In this document: positions 54,216 through 64,000 of the stretch, piece by piece
How positions within the stretch are numbered: the stretch's first letter is position 1
Layout: each line of letters opens with the position of its first letter
DNA from: Cenococcum geophilum
Lineage: Eukaryota
Reading direction: 5' to 3'
Assembly: GCA_050273025.1 (NCBI GenBank)
Contig: CP158636.1
Span: 2,170,001 to 2,234,000 of the forward strand
Length of the DNA: 64,000 nt
The notes under the pieces: generated by a model
Told to the model about the DNA's origin: nothing
Seen by the model: the letters and a program-made list of their open reading frames with translations, nothing else
The model's database searches: none
Position numbers and translations under genes: made by a program

Positions 54216-56698
54216 CTATTCTTTTTAAAACTACCTTAACTAGCCTAATAGCGCTTAGCCTTAGGGAAGACCCCTTAGCCTAGGCTATAGTCCCCTATAA
54301 TAACCTAGTGAGTTACCTACGTATTATATATTACTTTACTAGCACTAACTTTACGCAAAGTCTCGTGCTATAGTAAGAGGTAGTAGTAGCTACTTTAGCC
54401 AAAATGGCGTTTATAGAATACCCCCCTAAGTTACTAGTTAATTTTATTTATAGAATATAAAAAAGGGATGCCCTTACACGCTCTATATATAATTAGTTAG
54501 CCTAAAAATAAGTTCCTACTAGTAATAAGAACTATACCCTTAATAATTAAGGACTTCTAAGGTAAAATAATAAGGTCTAGGTGCTAAATTACATACTACT
54601 ATAATAGGAGATCCTTAAGCGAAATTATAACAATCCTATAGGCGGCTACTATGGTTTTAACTATACCTTTAAGGTAATCGCGCGGAAGTATGCTTAAAAT
54701 GGCCTTACTTAGGACCTCTATAAATACCTACTAACGCTCTAAATCGCGCCGCTATAAACCCTATAGTAAGCTGTAGCCTCTTTAGGCCCCTACTTAAGCT
54801 TAGCGGCATTATTTACTTAACTTTATTATAGATTTCCTAGAGTCTAAGACTTCTAATAGCGTAGAGTATAACTCCGTTCTTATCCTTATAGACCGTTTTA
54901 TAAAGCTAGTGCGCTACTATTTAGTGTATAAGATAATTAATGCTACGCAACTTACAGAACTCTTATTTAGAGTCTTTATATAAATAGGGCCTCTAAATAA
55001 TATTATCTCTAATAGGGGTAGTGTATTTATAAGCGAGTACTAAAGCACTATATACTACTATCTCCGCGTTTAATATAAACTTAGCACTATATTTTACCCG
55101 TAGATAGATAGTTAAATAGAGCGTTAGAACTAGGAGCTTAAGGTATACCTATATATATTTACAAACTAGGAATAGTCTAATTAAGCCTCCCTCCTTAAAG
55201 AAGTAGCCTTTACCTATAACTCTAAGGTCTATACTATAATAAAGCGTTCCCCTATTAAGCTCGCCTATAGCTAGCTACTAAACGTCCTAAATAGAGTTCT
55301 GGATAGCGTTTAAGACGCCTAGTAAGGTAGGGAGGGGTCTAAGTTAATAAACGTCTAACTTATAGAGACGTACCTATAACGCCTACGCCTTATATATAAG
55401 GTAGCGACGGCGTTAATAATGTATGCCTAAAAGCTTTAGGTAAAATACTATAACCGTTACTATTTAGCTAAGCACTTCGCCGTTAGTAAATAAGTTCTGC
55501 TCTCCTTTAAGAATATCCGCTTAAAACGTCCCTATAAAAAGCTTAACTATAAGTTTATAGAACTATTTTAGATCCTAAAGTGCGTAGGGCAGTAAGTATA
55601 TAAGCTAGAGCTCCTACTTATTATAGTATAGCTCTACCTAGTCTTTTATATCTCCTTACTAAAGCCTTATAAGTTACGCCCTAGGTTTTAACCCCTAGTA
55701 GTAAAAGAGCTTAAGGAAGGTAGCTAGGAAGTAAAAGTAATTATTGCCTATTAGGATTATACTAGATAACTATAGTACCTTATTAAATAGCTAAGATAGT
55801 TAAATAAGTATAATAAATAGAAATACGAGATAGAACTTAAGAATTATTAATAACTATTAAATAAGTACCGCAAGCGGGACACCCTAGCCTTATAGCTAAA
55901 GTATAGGCGAAAAGTAAGCGCTACTATTAAAATATAACCTGTATTAAAGTGGAGTAGAGGACGTCTTAAGGGATTAAAGAATAAGTAATAATTACTATAA
56001 GAACTATAGCCTTAATTTAGAAAGCACCCTTCCTAAACCTAATCTGTTACTCTATACTAGCTAAGCAGATTGTTTATATATTAGAGAATAGGCCCGTTTA
56101 TTTAACTAGGGTCTATAACCTACTAGTGACCTACTAGTAGTAACTTATACCGATAACTTATATACTATTCTACGTATATACTACGTAGATAATATATAAG
56201 GCTAAAATATAGATTAGCGGTAGGTCTAATGGGTATATAGCCTTACCGTCCTAATCTAGCTGTATATAAATAACCTATAACCTACCTACAAAGTATATAC
56301 GGCGCTATATTAGTATAGCATAAGGCTAAAGTAGGGTTAGTAGCGGATTTAATAGGTATATAGCCTTACCGTCTATAAATCTGGCTGTATATAAATAACC
56401 TATAACCTACCCGCAAGGTACTAGCAACCTACCTATATAAGCGAGCCTTAGAATATTTTTAGTCTATTAAAGTTAAGCGATAGTATTAAGCTTTACTAGC
56501 TCTACCTATTAAATAGACTAATTAGGATTTTCTATACCGGGTATATAAAATTACTACTAGCTTAGTTAAATATAGGGGAGTTTTAGCAAGGCAAATCTAA
56601 CCAATTAAATAACTTTAACAGCCGGTTAAAGTTCCTTAATATCTTCGTGCCGCGTATATATACCCGCCTCTCTATACGCAAAATTAAAACACTCTTTC
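54216..56698 (+). mobile_element. 3' part of another Gypsy element (E): integrase, chromodomain and 3' non-coding region
   Basis: De-RIP EILKRNHDDP.GGHYG (~54608); DFITDFP (~54818); ST.FHPQTDGQTERQNQ (~55083); chromodomain EVE.IIAH...YLVKWLGW (~55728-55830); ~120-bp duplication at 56200-56415. Confidence 0.82.
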
Positions 56699-58225
56699 TA
56701 TAACAAAGCCTTGTAGCAGGAACTACGGTAGACTTATTAATGGGCTAAGTATATAGGTAAATAAGAAGTTAACAACGTAATAATAATTGGTAGAGTGGTT
56801 ACCTAATAGATTAACTCTAATTATATTCTAAGATTTATTACAAAGAAGAGAGCTATCTAAGTAGGGACTATAGTCCTTTAAATACACAATTATACTCCTA
56901 AGAAAACCCCTTTATACGTAAGATATGTATTATATATATTATACGTACATTCCCTTTATATACTGCGTATACTATATATAACGTTATATAATCTTACTTA
57001 CTATTCCTTATTATATAGCTCTATTAGCTCTATTTTAAACTATATCTAAATTAACTAACTAGCTTCTTTTAACTCTTCTTTAAGTAGTTATAATATTATA
57101 CTTAAAGCGTCTATAACACTATCTCCCTTCTCTTTATCTTTATCCTTAAAGATTTTAAATATCTCTAAATTATTTACTAAAGGTATAATATCCGTCTAAT
57201 TAATTTAGTTAATATTATTGCTTATTATACCTAAAGTTCCTTCCTCTTTATAGGCGTAACGTCGTGCTTATACTATTGCTGCGATATTATCTCTTAATGA
57301 GATTATACTATCTTTATATTCTTGCTGTTTAAAAAAGGGGTTAATTTATAGTATATTAGCGAGCCTATCTTCGTAATAACTATCCTTTTATTTAAAGTGT
57401 ACTAAAGCGAATATTTATTTATCCTATAACGTTTAATTTATCTCTAATACTAAATATATATAACCTATTGCTCTTAATAGTTGTCTAGTTCCTTAACTAA
57501 TTTATCTTAGGGTTTTATATTTAATCTATTACTACGTAGCTAAATAGTAAACTATTTTAAGCCTATACTAATTTAGAATATTCTTATAATATAGAGCAGA
57601 AGGTTTTTAAAGCCCGTATTACGGCGTCCACTTAGTTACTCTATCTTAAAAAGGTTTGTAAAAAGGTCTATTTTAAAGAGTAGAAACTTATAGAATAAGG
57701 TTTATAGGAACTTAGTAATAAAAGAATAGATTCTCTTTTAGCTAAGAAGGAAACAGATTTAAGTAGTTTAGTAACTACTCTTTTTAGGTCCCCCTTAGGT
57801 AACTTATTCTTTAGTAATTCTTCTTTATTAATACTTCCTAACCTAATTTCTTCTAATACTCTTATACCTTTCTTATAGTATTTTTTAGATTCTCTAGTAG
57901 TTTTTAGGTAGTCTTATTATAGCCTATATACTTAACCTTATACTATATTTTATTATTAATATCTTTATAACTAATAATCTTTAAAACTTACTATTTATCT
58001 TCTTCTTATCCTTTATACGTGTCTGCTTTATAAACTAGTGGCTTAATATTTCTATATACTAGTTCTAGCATTATAATATACTATATAGGGTAAATCTTTA
58101 TCTTAGCTAATAGGTTTAACTTAAATATAACTAGTAAAATCCTTTATATAATTTTAAAAGATTCTAGTTTAACGTAGTTTAACTTCTTACTTAGTTATTA
58201 ACTTTTAAAATTTTTATATAGTAGC
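56699..58225 (-). mobile_element. Gypsy D copy 2: 3' LTR (56699-57118) and 3' end, interrupted by copy 3
   Basis: Colinear with 45354-46908; breaks at GTAGC (58221-58225), where an LTR of the same family begins. Confidence 0.92.
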
Positions 58226-61200
58226 TGTTACGGACGCTTTAAGTACAATGTTACGACTACTAGGAGAGGAGTCGAAAGAAGCTAGTTGGTTAATTTAGGT
58301 ACGGTCTAGGATGGAACCGGTAGAACTATATAACGAGGAATAGTAACCAAGGTCACATAATATGCTACGTATTAAACGAGAGGAATGAAAAGAACTTACG
58401 TACCTTATATACGAGACGTATATTACATATAAGAAGGATTTTATAGGAGTACGGTTGTGTATTTAAGGACCCTTAGTCCCTACCTAGATAGTTCCTTCCT
58501 TATAGTAATTCTTAGAATACAATTAAAGTTAATCTATTAGGTAACCACTCCACCAGTTATTATCTCGTTGTTAATTACTATCTTTGTATTTCCTATACAC
58601 CTAGCCTATTAACGAGCCTATCGTAGTTCCTGCTATAAGGTTCCGTTATATAATTACTACCTAGTTATAGTATTAAATACAGAAGTTAAATAATATACCA
58701 CCAAAAGCAGCCACTATAACGCTATCGACGGCGGCAACTACGTTAAGGTTAGGGGGTAACACTAGTATAGCGGACACTAACTCGCAACAACCTATAACGG
58801 TAGAACAATTATAAGAAATAGTTAACTAGTTAATAGAAAATAATACAGTACTTAAATAAAGGATTAATGGGATAGGCGCAGCAAAGGTTAAGTTATTATT
58901 AATTAAAAGATTCTTAGGAGAGAGATCAAAGCTTAAAGAATTCCTTATATAAATGCATTTTAAAGTTGTACAAGAGGGAGCAAAGCTAGCGACACCTATA
59001 GATTAAATAGCGTATACAGGGTTATTCTTAATAGAAAAAGCACTTAAATAGTTTAAGCCTTACCTTATAGAGATATAAGTAAATGGAATAATAACTACAA
59101 ACCAAAAAGTACGGTTTATATTTTTAAGCTAGAACGGATTTATAGAACGACTTATATAAATATTCGGAGACCTAAAGGCAGTAACTACAGCGGAAAGAAA
59201 ACTCTAAGATATTATATAGCGAACCTTAGCAATTAAGTATATAACGCAGTTTTAAATATTAGTAATATAAGTTAAGTAGAATAATAGGGCGCTTATAGCA
59301 TAGTATAAATAGGGACTTAAGGCTAAAGTCTAGGACATAATTATTCTAATAAAAGATGCGAACACCCTAAGGGAACTAATAGATTAAGTAATAAAGATTA
59401 ACAATAGGATCTACTAAAGGGAATAGACTAAAAGAGGTTAGGACAGAGTTTTATAGTTATATAAAACGCAGAGTACACAACAACTAAAGCTAAGTTAGAA
59501 ACTATAGTATAGCGCAAAGCTAATGGACCTAAGTGGTACTAAAGAAGCCCATAAAAGATAAAGTAAGAAACTATAAAAACCTAGAGGTTAAGGATCTAGT
59601 AATTATAGGACTAAGGAGTAGAGGCTAAACTAGGGATCTTAGTAGTAGAAGATGTTTAGGCGGACTCTATAATAAAGTTAATAGTTTAGAGATAGAGCTT
59701 ATATAAATTATGGAAAATAGGGTTACTTTATAAGGGATTATAAAGATAGTTAGAGTCACTATATAATAAAGGGAACTAAACTAATAGTAGAAGACATACA
59801 CGTATAGAGGGATAATGGTATACTGCAAGGAACAAAAGAGTGTTTAATTAGAAGTTTTGCGTTTTATTATAACAACGCATACCAAATTTATAAAGACGCT
59901 AAGTACGGTATAAGCTATTAGCCATAGGAGCTAAAATCTATAGAGTGTAAAGGAACTAATAAACTAGTTCCTAAATCGGACATTAAGGATAATAAATTCA
60001 ACGTAGGCGAAACATTCTATAACAATAAGGTAATGGAAGTAGCTTACTAAAAGCATACAGACTTTAGAGATATTATAACAGAGGTAGAGGATGATTCCAC
60101 TATAGAATAGGAAACATTAGTAGGGATCAAGACCCCACTAGACACAATATTTATCGCTTTATAAAACGCAAGAGAAGTAAAACAGTGAACTACTTCGGCA
60201 CTCAATAAAGGCAAAAGGCTAAAGGCTTAAGATTCTTAAGACGAGATAAAAAACAACCAAGATTTTTAAAGTAAGATAAGGCATACCTAAGGACCTATAA
60301 CGGACGAAAACCAATAGAGTAGGGCAGTAGCTTAGTTTAAAGATATACGAATAAGCTTAGGACAAGAATTCCCAACGGCACAAGATTCTTAAGACGAGAT
60401 AAGTAAGATTTAAGACTCTTAAGACAAGATAAGAACACCATAAACGCCTAGTTAGACTAAGGCGGGAGCTAAGCTTAAGTTAGAAGCAAGCTTAGGATTA
60501 AAGAATTTAAGAGACTAAGAATTCGGAGTATAAATTAGGACACCCACAAGTAAGAGGTAAGAAGCTTCTTTATAGATTAGAGAATCTACAGCGCAAACAG
60601 TAATTAGGCTAGGAGACAGATATATAAACCCAAAAGACTTACTAGGGAAACACAGTGTTTAGCCTAAAGATTAAAAAGTTAATACTAAGATTAAGAAGCA
60701 AGGAGACTTTAAGGATCTACTTATAAGACGCGATATAAAGGAAACCATAGAGGAATTTAGAGTAAGAATTACCTTATAGTAAGAACAGAAACTAGATAAG
60801 AGATCTAGCATATTAAAACGTATAAGGGACAGAGCGCTAGTACAAAGAATTACTAATAGGCCTAAAGTAGGCATACTAAGAGCTAAGTGGCTTACTAAAC
60901 TGGAACAAGAAGAGGATCTAGGGATTCCTACTAGGTTTAAGGAACGACATACTAAAGGCTATTATAACGCAGCAATAAAGAGATATTTCCTTACGGACGA
61001 GCCGTATACACTTAAGCAGCTATATTAAAAGTGGTATAGGCAACGACATAATAATAAGTAGGAAGATTTCTATATATAGTTAGACGAAAAAGTTATCTAA
61101 GACTACCTAATTACAGAGAAGGCTATAACTTATATTAAGGGGGCCTTAATTATAACATTAAAGGATCTAGAGGAGCAATTAGAGGACTAAAAAAGCGAAA

Positions 61201-64000
61201 GACAAATCTTAGTACCCGCAAACGAAGTCGCAACGCTCAGATTAATATAAGAAAGGTTTAAACTTAAGGATAAAAACAAGCTAAGAGTTAACCCAAGACA
61301 TTAAGCATATTATATACTATCGTAGATAGTATATATAGATAATGCGTATAATATATATAGAGCACCAAAAGACAAAAATCGGAAGTATCTAATAAGGATA
61401 TATTAGATAACGGACAAGGCAAAGTATTGAAACGCTAAGTATATATATAGTTAGTACCTAGTAGAAGTTTAAGAATAAGGGGACTTAATACTTTAACTAG
61501 GAAGATTCCTTACGGAAAAATGCCTAGATAGACGACAATGGTGGGAATATCTAGAGAATACCTATCTATGGTATATTAAAGACAAAAAACAAACTAAGTA
61601 TTGGCCTAAGTTAGACTAAGTATAAACAGGATCTAGTAGCTAATAGTTAGGAAAAGTAGAGGCCTATAGGACCAGAGGGAGCCAGTAGTAGAGCCTTAGA
61701 CCCTTAAAGGAATTTAAAAACAACACCTAAATTTACAAGTTAAATAGTAAGATTAGTAGTTTAAGGCATTAATAGATAGTAGAGCAATAAGGAACTATAT
61801 CTCGCTAACAGCAGTTAAAAGAATAGGATTACTACATAGGCAGAAGGAATATTCTTACCTATTAATAATAATTTCAGGAGATCCGATAGCCTATGGAGGA
61901 GGCATTATTAATCTTAAAATAGGACCTATTTAAATAACCATTAAAGGGAGATAAATTAAGATATCTTTTAATATATTACTATTAGGGAATAATAAGGCAG
62001 TATTAGGAATACCTTAGTTATAGGAATATAATCTAAAGATCGATTAGATTATAGGTTAGGTTAATATTAGGGATACTTAACGCTATAAGATATAATAATA
62101 AGCTAAGTTAGTATGGTACTAAGTAGAAGCGACCTACAAAGAAACGGAAAAAGGGCTAAGCTATATACTAAAGAGATACCATAAGTATAGTAAGAAACTA
62201 TAGTCACCTAAGAGTGAAAAGCTGTTAAAGTATATAGTATAGGACTATAAAATAGAATTAGAACTAGAAATAAGTCCAAGGTTCTTTCCAATCTATAAGC
62301 TTACCAAAGAAGAAGGTAGAGCATTAAAAGAGTTTATCCAAAAAAACTTATAAAAGGGATACATTAGACCATTGCAGTTATTAGCAGGTTATCTAGTACT
62401 ATTTATACTAAAAAAGAATAGTAAACTAAGGCTATATATTAACTATAGACAGTTAAACAGTATTACCAGAAAGGATAAGTATCCTTTACCTTTAATTAGC
62501 GAAATCTAAGACAGAATAGGTAACGCGTAAATCTTTATAAAGATAGATCTAAGATAGGCGTACTATCAGATTAGAATTAAGGAAGGCGACGAATAAAAGG
62601 CAGCCTTTAGGTTAAAGGAAGGACTATATAAACTATTAATTATATAATTTAGGCTTATAAACGTACCAGCAATGTTCTAGAAGCGTATTAATAATATATT
62701 AAGAGAACATTTAAATAAATTTGTTATAGTATATTTTAACGATATTATTATCTACTTAATAAACGAGGAAGAATATAAAGAACACATTAAATGGGTTTTA
62801 GAGAGATTATAGGAAGAACAAATACTAGTAGCAATTAAGAAATGCGAGTTCTTTATAAGGAAGACCAATTTTGTTAGATTTATTATTAAACTAGGCTAAC
62901 TTAGTATAGATCTAAAGAAGATTAAGGCTATAGTGAATTGGCAAGAACTAGAGAACGTTACGTAGTTAAATTGTTTTTAGGGTTTTGTAATTACTGCAGA
63001 AGGTTTATAGCGCAATAGTTAAAGGATATTAAACCATTTACGCGATTAATAAAGAAAGAAGAACCATGGGCATAGGAAGAGGAATAGTAGAAACTCTTTA
63101 AGAAGATTAAAGAGTTGTTTACCTAAAAGCCAATTCTTAAGATCTATTAACTAGGACTAAAAACGGTTGTAAAGATAGATATATTAGACTTTATACTAGG
63201 AGCATATTTTATATAAAGGCATCTAGATAGATAGCATTTAGTAGCATATTATAGTTGGAAGATAACACTACCAGAGTTAAACTATAACATCTATAACAAG
63301 GAGTTGTTAGGTATAGTTGCAGCACTAAAGGAATAAAGAGCATTCTTATAAGGTATAGAGAAACCATTTATGGTTAAAACGGATTATAAGAACCTAATAG
63401 GATTCCTAATGATAAAGGAACTTAATTAAAGACAGGTTAGATAGGCAGAGATGCTTATGGAATACTATTTCAAGATTTAGCACATTAAGGGTACAAAGAA
63501 TGTACGAGTAGATGCTCTAAGCAGAAAGACTAAACTATAAAATAACGATAAGCTATTAGGGGCTTTACTACAAAAAGATATAGATAGATTAATTAGGTAC
63601 AATTATCTAAAGATTACAGCAACTTAAGAAAATGAGTTAGAAAAGGTCTACAAGACACTAGAAAGCTTTTAGGTATAAAGAATTCTAAAAGTATAGCTAG
63701 AAGATCTATAGTTAGATATGTATAAAAACCAAGAAGTAAAGTATATCCTAAAAAGCATAGCAGAGCAGTTCGTGGAGGACTTTTATAAGGGACTAACTTA
63801 AGAATATAATAGAGCCACAGGCTTAGTATTAAGACTCTAGAAGGAGTATATTATTAATAGAATCTAGAGGATAGCCAGAAAGGTCACTAAGGAGTGTTTA
63901 GATTATTAAAGGAATAAACCAATAAGGTATAAGCCGTATAGAGGGTTACAACCTATTAAAACACTAGAAAGACTATAGGAGGTCATATTATAGGACTTTA
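58226..64000 (+). mobile_element. Gypsy D copy 3: 5' LTR (58226-58650), gag, protease, RT, RNase H, start of integrase; runs out of the window
   Basis: TGTTACGGAC LTR start; reverse complement of the D1 sequence; CCHC knuckle ~59700; ALIDSGA.GNYIS ~61766; Y(L)DDIIIY ~62732; NYDIYDKELL ~63280. Confidence 0.95.

Noticed and set aside
506..60874. Other short ORFs in the track (506, 8259, 11163, 18612, 20269, 22412, 34330, 36115, 43103, 49263, 60671) as genes
   Set aside because: They lie antisense to degraded TE genes or inside a non-coding retroposon. Only 7104-7325 and 9675-9944 are in-frame remnants, of the hAT transposase and RT respectively.

Overview
Fungal (filamentous ascomycete-type) AT-rich repeat block with no intact host gene. 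Almost every ORF is broken by RIP-like C>T/G>A changes (TpA excess; TAA/TAG where Gln/Trp/Arg codons are expected), so proteins below were read by reversing those changes by eye. The window is a nest of transposons: Ty3/Gypsy LTR retrotransposons of several families, a hAT transposon with an 8-bp TSD, and a 30.5-kb TIR element flanked by TA (13825-44277; about 19.8 kb without nested insertions). That element carries a Plavaka-family transposase, a SNF2-type helicase, a Zn-knuckle/Upf1-like helicase and two unassigned genes. Inside it are two independent copies of a ~1-kb SINE-like retroposon with 15-bp TSDs and a (TAC)n tail, whose first ~85 nt fold into an HDV-like ribozyme with an unusual compensatory P1.1. 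One Gypsy family carries an intron-containing antisense gene with Zn2Cys6-like spacing. Gene boundaries are approximate; element termini and TSDs were read directly.
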